Below, piece after piece: positions 28,781 to 38,924 of a stretch of 51,245 bases of DNA. The stretch comes from a bacterium (GTDB lineage Bacteria; Bacillota_I; Bacilli_A; RF39; UBA660): the NCBI GenBank assembly GCA_030531425.1, contig JAUNNO010000003.1:1-51245 (forward strand). Reading direction: 5' to 3'. Within the stretch, counting starts at the first letter, position 1, and the number at the start of each line of letters is the position of its first letter. The notes beneath the pieces are model-generated. The model was not told where the DNA came from, ran no database searches, and was given only the letters and a program-made list of their open reading frames with translations. Made by a program: the position numbers and the translations under genes.

Positions 28781-30103
28781 CTAGTTAGTCTTATAGAAGC
28801 ATTTTTCTTTTAATTCTTTCTTTTTCATACCAGTCTTTTTATAAATATTTGCAACATGATTTCTAATTGTATTTACAGAAACAAATAATTCATCAGCTAT
28901 TTCTTGATTGCTTAATCCTTGTATTAATAAATTTAAAACTTTTTCTTCTTGAGTTCCTAACTTATACTTTACTGCTATATTTTTTACAGCATCATTTTCT
29001 GACATTTTATTACTTTGAAAATATAATAAGAAGTATAAAACTATAACTAGTGACAAAAAGAATGTAATTACAACTACTAATAATGTATAATGTTCGATTA
29101 ATTTATCTTCAAATAATACCATTAGTCCTTCCATAATTCTAGAATACATCAACCCAAAAGCTGCAACCCATACCATATTCTTTTTATTATCAACTAAATT
29201 AACAAATGTCATTGTTCTAAAAAGCACAAAGAATGCTACAAACGAATAAGATAATCCTGCAATTAAATTAATTGAATAACCTTCTTTTAATAAAATTATT
29301 GAAAGTAGTGAAACAACAAAACTTGCTATTGTTAATATTTCAAACAAACTATTTTTCTTATCCACTAAAAATCCTGCAACAAGTAATCCTAAACAATAAT
29401 ATAATCTTGTCGCACCATATCCACCAGCTATATCAATTGTATTAATTGCGATAACATCAGTTGATAAAGCAGAAAGTAATGACATAGCTAAAACAATTAT
29501 TGATATTCTTATAAAATAATTTCTAAAACTTGATGTTTGTTTTTCTTCTTTGACTTGTATTAGATTAGTTTTATTTATAACTAAATATAAATTTAATAAT
29601 AGCATTGGTACATATATTATCAGAGCTTTAATAGACGAATAAAAGCTTTCTGGAAATAAAATCATTAAATATGTTCCAATTGATCCCAAACCATATCCAA
29701 TAGCAAAAACTCTTCCACGATACTCTTTTTCTACATTGCTACCTAGTAATGAAAAATGATATCCTGCTCCAAATCCTGCAGTTCCAAAAAAGCATGATAA
29801 ACACAAACACACACTCATAAAATATTTATTTTCTGTTGCAAAAAAAGATATCATACTAACAAGAGATAGTAACATAAATATAATAAATATATTCTTCACA
29901 TTTTTATTCTTTCTATATAGCAATCCAAAAGTTAGTATTCCCAAAGCCATAGATAAGCTTCCAAATAATAACTCTACAATATTAACAAATTCAACACTAG
30001 CATAATTAGTTAAATGTTGTTCCTGTGTTAAATATAATGAACTACACCAAAAGAATCCAATTGCTAAAATTAAAATATATTTTAAATTATTTTTACTAAA
30101 CAT
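28781..30103 (-). CDS. Multi-TM sensor fused to a LuxR HTH
   Basis: About 12 hydrophobic segments, then GLSNQEIADELFVSVNTIRNHVANIYKK. Confidence 0.88.
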   Translation of the reverse strand: MFSKNNLKYILILAIGFFWCSSLYLTQEQHLTNYASVEFVNIVELLFGSLSMALGILTFGLLYRKNKNVKNIFIIFMLLSLVSMISFFATENKYFMSVCLCLSCFFGTAGFGAGYHFSLLGSNVEKEYRGRVFAIGYGLGSIGTYLMILFPESFYSSIKALIIYVPMLLLNLYLVINKTNLIQVKEEKQTSSFRNYFIRISIIVLAMSLLSALSTDVIAINTIDIAGGYGATRLYYCLGLLVAGFLVDKKNSLFEILTIASFVVSLLSIILLKEGYSINLIAGLSYSFVAFFVLFRTMTFVNLVDNKKNMVWVAAFGLMYSRIMEGLMVLFEDKLIEHYTLLVVVITFFLSLVIVLYFLLYFQSNKMSENDAVKNIAVKYKLGTQEEKVLNLLIQGLSNQEIADELFVSVNTIRNHVANIYKKTGMKKKELKEKCFYKTN

Positions 30104-30280
30104 AGTAAACCACCCAGATATTATTATATCATGAATTTATATTATTTTTTCACTAAATAACTATATAGTCTTTTTTGTTTAATAAGTAGTATTTCTTAAT
30201 ATTTATGATCATCGGAATATTACTATTTTATGATTATTTAATTGAATTAAAGTAAGTTTAGGGTACTGCTATTTTACTAC

Positions 30281-30832
30281 TTAATTACTACTATTTTCTA
30301 ATGCTTTATTATTTTCATATTTTTTTAGCCAATTATTCCAAGAAATACATCTTGAAATTGCCACATATCGTAATACAATCCATATTAAAGCATCATAAAA
30401 TTGTTCTTCTTTTAATTCAGTTGAAAAACAATATTTTTTGATAATAGAAATATCTATTGGCAAAGATAGTTTTCTACCATTCTTTCCGATTACCTTAAAA
30501 AGAATATCATTTGCAACAGTATCTCCTTCTTCAATTACTGCATCAAATTCTTCTTTTTTACTAGCATAATAATCTGTTATTTCATCAACATCTCTTGAAA
30601 CTTCTTTAAATTGTTCCATAGTTAATGATTTTAATTTTCCTAATTCTTGATTAATTAGAATACTACAAACTTGATCTCGTTCAGATTTATCTAATCTATT
30701 TACAATTTGTATTAATTCATCTAAATCTAGATCTAATACTTCTTGAACTTTTGTTAAATCCCTTTCCATTGTATTAGAGATAACTCTTGCTACTTCTTTT
30801 ACATCTTTCTTTTCTTTAATAATATTTTTCAT
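30281..30832 (-). CDS. Hypothetical protein
   Basis: AAGGAG RBS, 183 aa. Confidence 0.65.
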   Translation of the reverse strand: MKNIIKEKKDVKEVARVISNTMERDLTKVQEVLDLDLDELIQIVNRLDKSERDQVCSILINQELGKLKSLTMEQFKEVSRDVDEITDYYASKKEEFDAVIEEGDTVANDILFKVIGKNGRKLSLPIDISIIKKYCFSTELKEEQFYDALIWIVLRYVAISRCISWNNWLKKYENNKALENSSN

Positions 30833-30949
30833 AAATTTTAGCTCCTTCTTAATAAACCTAAACTTACTACAATTTACATTATATCACATTTTGGCTTGAT
30901 ATCCCGATAATTTACAATTTTCTCAAATATTAATGGGACAATTATATCG

Positions 30950-31408
30950 GTGATATATATGATTGGTAATAACTTAAAATATGCAAGAGAAGAACTTGAA
31001 ATGACGCAAAAAGAACTAGGTTATGTTTTTGGTGTTAGTCAAAGCACTGTAGCTGGATGGGAAAATGCTATTGATGTAATTCCATTTAATAAATTAATTA
31101 GATTTTGTAATTTATATAATTATTCGTTAGATTTTATTTGCGGATTTACTAGAAAAAATACTGAATATGGTACTTTTAAAATTGACAAAGTTAAAATTGG
31201 AAAGAAATTAAAGGAATTAAGAACTGAACTTAAATTATCACAACAACAAATTGCTGCTGATTGTGGATTTTTCAAATCAACTTATGGCAATTATGAAGTG
31301 GGAAGATATTTAATTAATACCATGAATATTTATAGTATTTGTAAAACTTATAATATATCAATGGATTGGATTGTCGGAAGGACAAACAAAAAAAGTATGA
31401 ATCAATAA
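30950..31408 (+). CDS. XRE regulator with two HTH domains
   Basis: MTQKELG..VSQSTVAGWE and LSQQQIA..KSTYGNYE. Confidence 0.88.
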   Translation: MIYMIGNNLKYAREELEMTQKELGYVFGVSQSTVAGWENAIDVIPFNKLIRFCNLYNYSLDFICGFTRKNTEYGTFKIDKVKIGKKLKELRTELKLSQQQIAADCGFFKSTYGNYEVGRYLINTMNIYSICKTYNISMDWIVGRTNKKSMNQ

Positions 31409-31504
31409 TAATTTGAAACATACTTTTTTATTTTTTATGACTAGTGACGGCATGACGGCAAATTTTGGGTGGGTACCACCTAATTTTTCCTGTCATTGCT
31501 GTCA

Positions 31505-31954
31505 TTATTTTTTATATTTATACATTTTTTCAGCAAGTTCTTTATTTTCTCTATTAGCACTATTTACTGCCATTAGATTACACAAAATTGAAATAGTAAA
31601 TAGTATATAAACAATTACTATTACATAAGGATTGGTCTTAATACTTTTATTAAACATTTCTAAAGCCATAACTACTAAATATAAAAGACCGCTTAATACT
31701 AATGTCCCAGTTGTTAAACCGTCAAATGAATATCTAATAGCTTTAGAATCTTTTTTATCAACATTCCATTCACCAACTTTAGTCCATTTATATAGATAAT
31801 ATGTTTCACATACTAGCATTACAGGAACTATAATCCAATAAATAGCATAATAATTATCTTTGTTAGTTGTCAGACACAATATCATAAATATAAGTAATAT
31901 AACATTTATAATTATTCTTAATATATCAAATATCTTTTTAGTTTTTCTTTGCAT
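31505..31954 (-). CDS. 4-TM membrane protein
   Basis: Four hydrophobic segments; overlaps the 3' end of the XRE gene. Confidence 0.7.
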   Translation of the reverse strand: MQRKTKKIFDILRIIINVILLIFMILCLTTNKDNYYAIYWIIVPVMLVCETYYLYKWTKVGEWNVDKKDSKAIRYSFDGLTTGTLVLSGLLYLVVMALEMFNKSIKTNPYVIVIVYILFTISILCNLMAVNSANRENKELAEKMYKYKK

Positions 31955-32450
31955 TCTCTATATTCTCCTTTCTTCTAGCACTATTTAAAACATTAACTAT
32001 TTCTTTGGCTGTTCTAATTTGATATTCTGTATCTTCAATAGTTTGTTCTATTTGCTCTCTTTGAGTTTCATTGTAATCTTTTTCTTCTAGGTCTTTTTTA
32101 AATTGTTCTACCATTTCCTCCCAGTTCTTAATAACTGATGAAGTATTAAGGATAGCATCAACAATTTGATCCCCCTTTAATCCAGAATAATAATTAATTA
32201 AGAATGGATTTAAAGGTGTAACTTGAAATCCTAGCCCAGCAGCATACATTAAATCATTATAGTTTAAACCAATTACTTTACTAATCTTTCTTAATGTTTT
32301 AGGATTAGGTATTTCTCTTTCTCCTGATTCAATACGAGCAAGTTCAGTATCACTTATTTTAGCAATTCTTGATAATTCTCTTTTAGATAAATGCTTTTCT
32401 TCTCTTGCTCTGGCAATCATTTGCCCAACAGTTTCTTCATTATTAATCAT
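31938..32450 (-). CDS. XRE family repressor
   Basis: LSKRELSRIAKISDTELARIESGER..P. AAGGAG RBS before ATG 32450. Confidence 0.88.
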   Translation of the reverse strand: MINNEETVGQMIARAREEKHLSKRELSRIAKISDTELARIESGEREIPNPKTLRKISKVIGLNYNDLMYAAGLGFQVTPLNPFLINYYSGLKGDQIVDAILNTSSVIKNWEEMVEQFKKDLEEKDYNETQREQIEQTIEDTEYQIRTAKEIVNVLNSARRKENIENAKKN

Positions 32451-32529
32451 ACGAATTAACTCCTTTCGCAATATAAATATAACATATTTTTAATACATTT
32501 GCAACCTTTTTAAAGAAATTTACATAAAT

Positions 32530-32590
32530 TTGCAACTTAATAGTTGACAAATTATTTTTTATAGTATATACTCAACTTATAAGTTGCATT
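32530..32590 (+). promoter_or_regulatory. Sigma-A promoter overlapped by palindromic operators
   Basis: TTGACA (32544)-17-TATACT (32567). CAACT-N4-AGTTG palindromes at ~32533-32546 and 32573-32586. Confidence 0.7.
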
Positions 32591-32816
32591 TTTAATTAAA
32601 ATTCAACTTAAATACTGTTCTTTGAAAATTAAATAGAGTTGGAAATCGCCGATATCTGCCGACTCGTTAAACAAATGCAAGGCAAACATCCTATTGGCAC
32701 GGAAGTTGTGGATTAACTAATATCCTCGTTACATATATGGCTAATAACTATATATACATCCTTAAAGGGAGTTGTTGGTAACACTAAAACCATCAGAAAG
32801 GAAAGGAAGGTAATAA

Positions 32817-33068
32817 ATGAATGCAGAAGAAACACTAAAATTAATTTCTACTAAAACTTGGTGCAATATTAATGATTTAATGAAGCTTACAGGATTAAGT
32901 AGAAGTTCAGCATTAAAGATTAGAAATAAAATCAAAGACACACTAAATTATGAAATTCATACAAGAGATTTACCAATGAATGTTGTAATTGATTATCTAA
33001 ATATTGATGTTGAATATTTAAAAAATGTCGCAACTAGAAAGGAGGTGCAAGATGAAAACAATAAGTGA
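32817..33068 (+). CDS. Small HTH DNA-binding protein (excisionase-like)
   Basis: INDLMKLTGLSRSSALKI; first gene of the rep/mob operon. Confidence 0.65.
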   Translation: MNAEETLKLISTKTWCNINDLMKLTGLSRSSALKIRNKIKDTLNYEIHTRDLPMNVVIDYLNIDVEYLKNVATRKEVQDENNK

Positions 33069-34008
33069 AATGAGAAAAGAAAACATTAAAAAAGATTTCA
33101 TAGTTGAGAACTTTATGAAATCTAATGGGTTATATTGTCTTGTTGCTAGACCAAAGGTTGGCAAGTCGTTACTCGCACTACAACTTGCTAACTCGATAGC
33201 AACAGGAACAAACTTTTTAGGATTTAGAACAAGTCCTTCTCCTGTCTTATATATTAGCACAGAAATGAATTTTTCACAAATTTTAGATAGAATCGACAAG
33301 ATGAAACTTGAATTTACTGATGATAATTTTAGATTAAAAGAACAGGAAATTAATGAAAGAAAATTAAATTTAATGGACTTACAACTAGAGTTTCAAGAGT
33401 TTGCAAATGACCTTAAAGGTAAATTTGTAATTATAGATATGTTTAGTGGAATTGATTTAAACAATGGTTATGATTTAAATAATTATCAAGATATGGGACA
33501 ATATGTTATTCCAAAATTTAGAGAATTATGTAAAAGATATAACTTTACAATTTTATTAATTCATCATCTAAATAAGAATAATAAATCACTTGGCTCTACT
33601 GCTATTGATGGCTCAGTTGATGGAATTATCACTTTAAAAAGAGATCAAAATCTTAAAGATAAAATACTATTAAGTTATGAAAGTAGAGATTATGAAAGTA
33701 TTGATTTAGTTTTAAAAAGAAATAAAGATTTAACATTTGAAGTATCAGAAACTGATAGTAATGATTTAAATCTTAACCTTATAATTTTTCTAAATTATGC
33801 TATTAAACAAAAAGATTTTTCATTCACAATTTCTGATATAATTAGTGATTTAAAATTACAAATTACACCATCAGTATTTGGAAAATTATTAAAGCAAAAT
33901 TTAGATAATTTAGAAAAAGAAGGTCTTCATATTGAATCAAAAAGAACTGGTCCTGATAGATTATATCATGCAAAATATGAAGAACCTATCTTTGAAGATT
34001 TAGAATAA
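33052..34008 (+). CDS. AAA_25 / RepA-like helicase ATPase
   Basis: ARPKVGKS, VLYISTE, VIID, LIHHLNK, LGSTAI. Confidence 0.85.
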   Translation: MKTISEMRKENIKKDFIVENFMKSNGLYCLVARPKVGKSLLALQLANSIATGTNFLGFRTSPSPVLYISTEMNFSQILDRIDKMKLEFTDDNFRLKEQEINERKLNLMDLQLEFQEFANDLKGKFVIIDMFSGIDLNNGYDLNNYQDMGQYVIPKFRELCKRYNFTILLIHHLNKNNKSLGSTAIDGSVDGIITLKRDQNLKDKILLSYESRDYESIDLVLKRNKDLTFEVSETDSNDLNLNLIIFLNYAIKQKDFSFTISDIISDLKLQITPSVFGKLLKQNLDNLEKEGLHIESKRTGPDRLYHAKYEEPIFEDLE

Positions 34009-34191
34009 TCTTCAAAATTTTTGATAACTTTTTTCTAAAAAGTTAGTAAAAAATGAACGAGGCACGTTTTGTTTTTCGTAAGAAAAATGAAAGTGGCGAT
34101 AGTGAATATTTTTACAATTATTAAAATGATTTTTAAATCAGTTTTAATAATTCATTAAATAATAAGTATCTGATAGATAGTTATTATTTAA

Positions 34192-34322
34192 TCTTGTTTA
34201 TAAGCATTTGCCTTTGCTACTGCTTAGGCATTTGCGAATAAACAAGCAAAGGGGTTTTTAGGGAACTCCCTAAACTCACGGTGGGCTATGCCCTAGTGAG
34301 ATAGGTCAATAAATGACCTTTC
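34192..34322 (+). promoter_or_regulatory. Hairpin cluster upstream of mobV, candidate oriT / origin
   Basis: Several inverted repeats (CTTGTTTAT/ATAAACAAG, TTTAGGGA/TCCCTAAA, CTCAC/GTGAG, AGGTCA/TGACCT). GTGGGCTAT resembles MOBV nick regions. Confidence 0.5.
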
Positions 34323-34353
34323 TACTAAAGAAGTACAGCAAGGAGGTGTAAAA

Positions 34354-35826
34354 ATGTACGATGGAAATCAAGTTTTGAGATTTGAAAGCAAATATAAAGC
34401 AAAAGATTTAGGTGGACTTGGTGTAGAACTTACTCAAAGAAAAGGTACAGGAAATTATGATAAAGATAGAACTGAGTTTAATCATAGTTTCGTACCACTT
34501 ACTAAACCAACTTTGCAAGAGCAGGTCTATTCTAAATTAAAAGAAAATAAAATATATTATAATGATGGCAAGAATACCAATTTATTAAATGGTGCTATCG
34601 TTACAAGTGGAAAAGAATTTTTTCAAAGTTTGGGAATGAAGTTTAAAGCAAGTGATAGGATTCAACAAGTAGGAAAAAATAAAGGAAAACCTATCTATAT
34701 TCCTGATATAAAAAGTGATGAAGATATTCCAGAAAAAGTTAAAAATTTTTTCAAAGATAGTTACAACTTTTTAGAAGAACTTGTTGGTAAAGATAATATA
34801 GTTTATGCAGAAGTTCATTACGATGAAGATACTCCACACATGCACTTTTATTTTATGCCAATCGTAAATGAAGTAAGAAGAAAAGTTTTTGAAACAGATT
34901 TAAACGGAAATATAATTTATCGAGAAGGTATAGATAAAAAAGGTAATAAAAAAATGTATCCTGTCCAAAAGAAAGATGAGAATGGTAAAAATATTTTTAA
35001 AGTAGAACAAGGTAAATTTCTAAATTGTGATCAGTTTTGGAAAGCATTAGGTGGTAAAGTATCTTATGCAAAAATACAAGATGATTATAATAAATATATT
35101 ACTGAAAAAGGATACAAGTTATTCAGAGGCAATATTGGAGATAATAAACATCATATAACTAAAGCTCAAAAAGAAATTGAGGATTTAAATGAACAAATTG
35201 AAGAAATGAAAATTGAGTTTGAAAGAAATAAAAAATTAAATGATATTGAAATAGAAACTGCTAAAGAAATTTCTGAAATAGATTCAAAAGAAGTTTTAAA
35301 TCCAGTAAAAAGAAAAGTAATCGGTTATAAAGATGAAGATATCAACAATTTAATTGATTATTCGAAAAAGATACAAAAGCAAAATTCTAATAGTAAAAAT
35401 GTCATTAAACAAAAAGATGTATTAATTGATGAACTTACTACTAAAGTAGGACATCTACAAAGTGAGAACAATAAATTAAAAGATGGTCGTGCTATTAAAG
35501 AACGAGATACTAGAATTTATGAACAACAACAAACTATATCCAAGCAAAAAACAATCATTAAGGAAAAGGAATCTATTATTAAAAAGTTAGAAGATAAAGT
35601 TACTGAAATACAAGAAACATTTAATAACTTTAAAGAAAAGATGTTTAACTTTTGTGATAAGATTTGCAGAGCTTTAGGTCATAAAATTGGTCTTCACTTC
35701 TCTAAAAATTATGATATCGACTATAATGAAATGGAATATTATGCTCAGGAAGTAAATCGCAAGTATGAAAAGTCTTATGAAAGACCAGAAAAAGATAAAT
35801 CAGATGATTTTGAAATAGGAATGTAA
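34354..35826 (+). CDS. mobV: MobV/Pre family relaxase
   Basis: DKDRTEFN, AEVHYDEDTPHMHF, QDDY, long coiled-coil C-terminus. Confidence 0.92.
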   Translation: MYDGNQVLRFESKYKAKDLGGLGVELTQRKGTGNYDKDRTEFNHSFVPLTKPTLQEQVYSKLKENKIYYNDGKNTNLLNGAIVTSGKEFFQSLGMKFKASDRIQQVGKNKGKPIYIPDIKSDEDIPEKVKNFFKDSYNFLEELVGKDNIVYAEVHYDEDTPHMHFYFMPIVNEVRRKVFETDLNGNIIYREGIDKKGNKKMYPVQKKDENGKNIFKVEQGKFLNCDQFWKALGGKVSYAKIQDDYNKYITEKGYKLFRGNIGDNKHHITKAQKEIEDLNEQIEEMKIEFERNKKLNDIEIETAKEISEIDSKEVLNPVKRKVIGYKDEDINNLIDYSKKIQKQNSNSKNVIKQKDVLIDELTTKVGHLQSENNKLKDGRAIKERDTRIYEQQQTISKQKTIIKEKESIIKKLEDKVTEIQETFNNFKEKMFNFCDKICRALGHKIGLHFSKNYDIDYNEMEYYAQEVNRKYEKSYERPEKDKSDDFEIGM

Positions 35827-36052
35827 GTATTTAACTCTTAATATTTAAAAAAAGACTTTTGTAACCAAAAAAATATGTGTTGTATAAATGTGATAATAAA
35901 ATTAATAATAACCTTTTTATAAAAAATGTACCAAAAATAAAAATTTAAATTTAGTAATGATTGGAGGATTGATATTATGGAGAAAAATTTACAAAAAAGT
36001 TATTACAATAGTCTTTTTATCTCTCAAACTTGAGTATGAAAGGAGTTTAACA

Positions 36053-36178
36053 ATGACATACAATATTATTGATATTGTAGATAAAGATTTAACTGATACT
36101 AAACTAAAAGAAATAGTTAATAAAAAGTTGTATAAAATCATTGAATTGTTGGAGTTTAATGTTAATTATTCTGAATAG
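36053..36178 (+). CDS. 41-aa protein upstream of the recombinase (possible directionality factor)
   Basis: GAAAGGAG RBS before ATG 36053. Function inferred from position only. Confidence 0.55.
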   Translation: MTYNIIDIVDKDLTDTKLKEIVNKKLYKIIELLEFNVNYSE

Positions 36179-36249
36179 ATGTTATAATAGTATTGGTTAT
36201 AAGTTTAACTTTAAACTTAATTATTACCTTAGAATTGGAGGTAATAGTT

Positions 36250-37863
36250 ATGAATGAAATGGAGAGTGTTGAGAGTAAGAAAGTATTAAGAGTTGGTATT
36301 TATTTAAGATTATCTAATGAAGACAGAGATAAAGCAAATAAAGAAGATGATAGTGAATCTATTAAGAATCAAAGAAATATGCTTATTGACTATGTTAATA
36401 AGCATCCCGAATTTGCCTTAATAGATGAGTATTGTGATGAAGATTTATCTGGTGCTGGAACTTATAGACCTGAATTTGAAAGATTAATTAGAGATTGTGA
36501 AAACAGAAAACTTGATATTGTATTATGTAAAAGTCAATCAAGATTTTCAAGAGATATGGAAATTGTTGAGAAATATATCAATAACAAGTTTAAAGAATGG
36601 AATATTAGATTTATCGGTTTATCTGATAATGCTGATACTGAAATTCTAGGTAATAAGAAATCAAGACAAATAAATGGTCTAGTTAATGAATGGTACTTGG
36701 AAGATGTTTCAAACAATATAAGAAGTGCTTTTAATTCCAAAATGAAGCAAGGAGAATTCATTTCTCCTTTTGCCTCATTTGGTTATGAAATTGATCCGAA
36801 TGATAATAACAAATTAATAGTCGATCCAGTCGCTTCTGAAATTGTAAAAAACATCTATAATCTATATCTAACAGGTTTAGGGTTTACAGGTATAGCTAAA
36901 TACTTAAATAGTAAAGAAATACCTTGTCCTTCCCTTTATAAATACCGAAAAGGCATTAAATTAAATGTAATTAGTAATAGACCTCGTGAAGAAATAAAAT
37001 GGACTACAAATGCTATTAAAACAATTCTAACAAATGAAGTTTATCTAGGACATTTAATACAAGGCAAAAGAACTACTGTTAGTTATAAAAATCACAAGAT
37101 TAGAAATAAAGATAAAAGCGAATGGATAAGAATTGAAAATACACACGAAGCTATCATTGATGAAGAAACATTTAGTAAAGTACAAATTGCTATGAAAGAA
37201 AGAACTAAACCTATGAGTACAACGGGTGCAGTTCATATCTTCTCTGGTAAAGTATTTTGTTTAGAATGTGAACATTATATGAGAAAAAAGAATACTAAAA
37301 AGCATGAATATTTAGTCTGTTCTAATAATCGTGATGGTTATGATGATTGCGAAAACAAAGCTTCAATTAGATATGATGAACTTGCAAATCTAGTATTAGA
37401 TGCAATTAATAAGAAAATTCAAAAGTTTTATGATGAAGAAGAATTAGAAAATTTAGATTCAAAAAAAGTTGATAGTAGATTCAAGAAAAAAATAAAAGCC
37501 TTAGAAAAACAAAAAACTGATATTCAAAATAGAATTTCTAAAACAAGAAATTATTTACAAAATCTTTATGAAGATAAAGTCAATGGTGTTGTAACATCAG
37601 AACAATTTAAAGATTTAATGGCAAATTATAATAAAGATGAAGATACTTTCAATGACCAAATTAAATCTATTACTAATGAAATTGCTTATTACAAAATGAA
37701 AGAAGAATCTTCAAAGAATAATAAAGAGATATTTAACAAATATCAAAAATTAGAAGAATTAAACAGAGTTATTGTTGATGAATTTATAGATAAAATCTAT
37801 ATTGGAAAGTTAAATGAAGAAACCAAAAGTAGAGATATACAAATTAAATGGAATTTTGAATAG
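36250..37863 (+). CDS. Large serine recombinase
   Basis: YLRLS, SG..RPEF, SRFSR, recombinase domain, Zn ribbon CLEC...C...C, coiled coil. Confidence 0.95.
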   Translation: MNEMESVESKKVLRVGIYLRLSNEDRDKANKEDDSESIKNQRNMLIDYVNKHPEFALIDEYCDEDLSGAGTYRPEFERLIRDCENRKLDIVLCKSQSRFSRDMEIVEKYINNKFKEWNIRFIGLSDNADTEILGNKKSRQINGLVNEWYLEDVSNNIRSAFNSKMKQGEFISPFASFGYEIDPNDNNKLIVDPVASEIVKNIYNLYLTGLGFTGIAKYLNSKEIPCPSLYKYRKGIKLNVISNRPREEIKWTTNAIKTILTNEVYLGHLIQGKRTTVSYKNHKIRNKDKSEWIRIENTHEAIIDEETFSKVQIAMKERTKPMSTTGAVHIFSGKVFCLECEHYMRKKNTKKHEYLVCSNNRDGYDDCENKASIRYDELANLVLDAINKKIQKFYDEEELENLDSKKVDSRFKKKIKALEKQKTDIQNRISKTRNYLQNLYEDKVNGVVTSEQFKDLMANYNKDEDTFNDQIKSITNEIAYYKMKEESSKNNKEIFNKYQKLEELNRVIVDEFIDKIYIGKLNEETKSRDIQIKWNFE

Positions 37864-37904
37864 AGATTTTATTCTCTATTCTAATTCCAAATACATAGTA
37901 AAGG

Positions 37905-38000
37905 AGCAATGTGCAAAAAATGCACTTTGCAAATTTGGATAACCATGTATCACTTTATAACCTAGATGTTATTATTAGTGTTGGTTATCGAATTAAAAAT
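37905..38000 (+). pseudogene. RhuM-family gene fragment
   Basis: Translates SNVQKMHFANLDNHVSLYNLDVIISVGYRIKN; YNLDVIISVGYR is the RhuM signature. In-frame stop just upstream. Confidence 0.75.
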
Positions 38001-38057
38001 TCAACTTGTCAATTTTTCTGACAAGTTGAAATAATCTTAAAAATATAGAGAAAGGAT

Positions 38058-38924
38058 GTGAAAAAAATGGGACAAAACAAGTTAGAAACAATTACTAATC
38101 TATTTGAAGGTAAAGAAATTAGAAGTATTTGGGATAGCGAAAAAGAAGAATATTATTTTAGTGTAGTTGATGTTATTGCTGTCTTAACTGATAGTAAAGA
38201 TTCTAGTGATTATTGGACAACCCTTAAAAGAAGATTAATTAAAGATGAAGGAAGTGAACTTCCGACAAATTGTCGGAGTTTGAAACTAAAAGCTAAAGAT
38301 GGCAAAATGAGAAATACTGATACATTAAATACCAAATGGATTTTTAGACTTATAGAATCAGTTCCTAGCCCTAAAGCAGAGCCATTTAAAGTTTGGTTAG
38401 CTAATTTAGGTAGTGAAAGAATCGATGAAGTGTTTGACCCAGAAATAGCTGCTAATAGAATTGTAAACTATTATCGTAATAAAGGTTATACTGATGAATG
38501 GATAAAGAAAAGATTAACAGGTATTGTTGATAGATTTAAACTAACTGATATATGGAAAGATGGTGGCATTGAAAAACCAGTTGAATATGCTCTACTTACA
38601 AATGAAATATATAAAGGTTGGTCTGGAATGAAAGCAAGTGAATACAAATCATATAAAGGTTTAAGAAAAGAATCTTTAAGAGATAATATGACAGATATTG
38701 AAATTGCTTTAACTAACATTGGTGAAATCGCTGCTCGTGATATTGCTAAAACTGAACATCCACAAGGATTAGGCGAAAATATGAAAGTTGCCGCTCGTGG
38801 TGGAAGAGTTGCTAAAGGTGCTAGAGATTTATATGAAGAAGAAACAAAAACATCAGCTATTTCAAAAGAAAATGCACTAAATTATCAATATAAAGATGAT
38901 AATAAATTAATTGAAAATAAATAA
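38058..38924 (+). CDS. Bro-N domain protein (phage antirepressor-like)
   Basis: IRSIWD..YYFSVVDVI, RLIESVPSPKAEPFK.WLA, LRDNMTDIE. Confidence 0.9.
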   Translation: MKKMGQNKLETITNLFEGKEIRSIWDSEKEEYYFSVVDVIAVLTDSKDSSDYWTTLKRRLIKDEGSELPTNCRSLKLKAKDGKMRNTDTLNTKWIFRLIESVPSPKAEPFKVWLANLGSERIDEVFDPEIAANRIVNYYRNKGYTDEWIKKRLTGIVDRFKLTDIWKDGGIEKPVEYALLTNEIYKGWSGMKASEYKSYKGLRKESLRDNMTDIEIALTNIGEIAARDIAKTEHPQGLGENMKVAARGGRVAKGARDLYEEETKTSAISKENALNYQYKDDNKLIENK

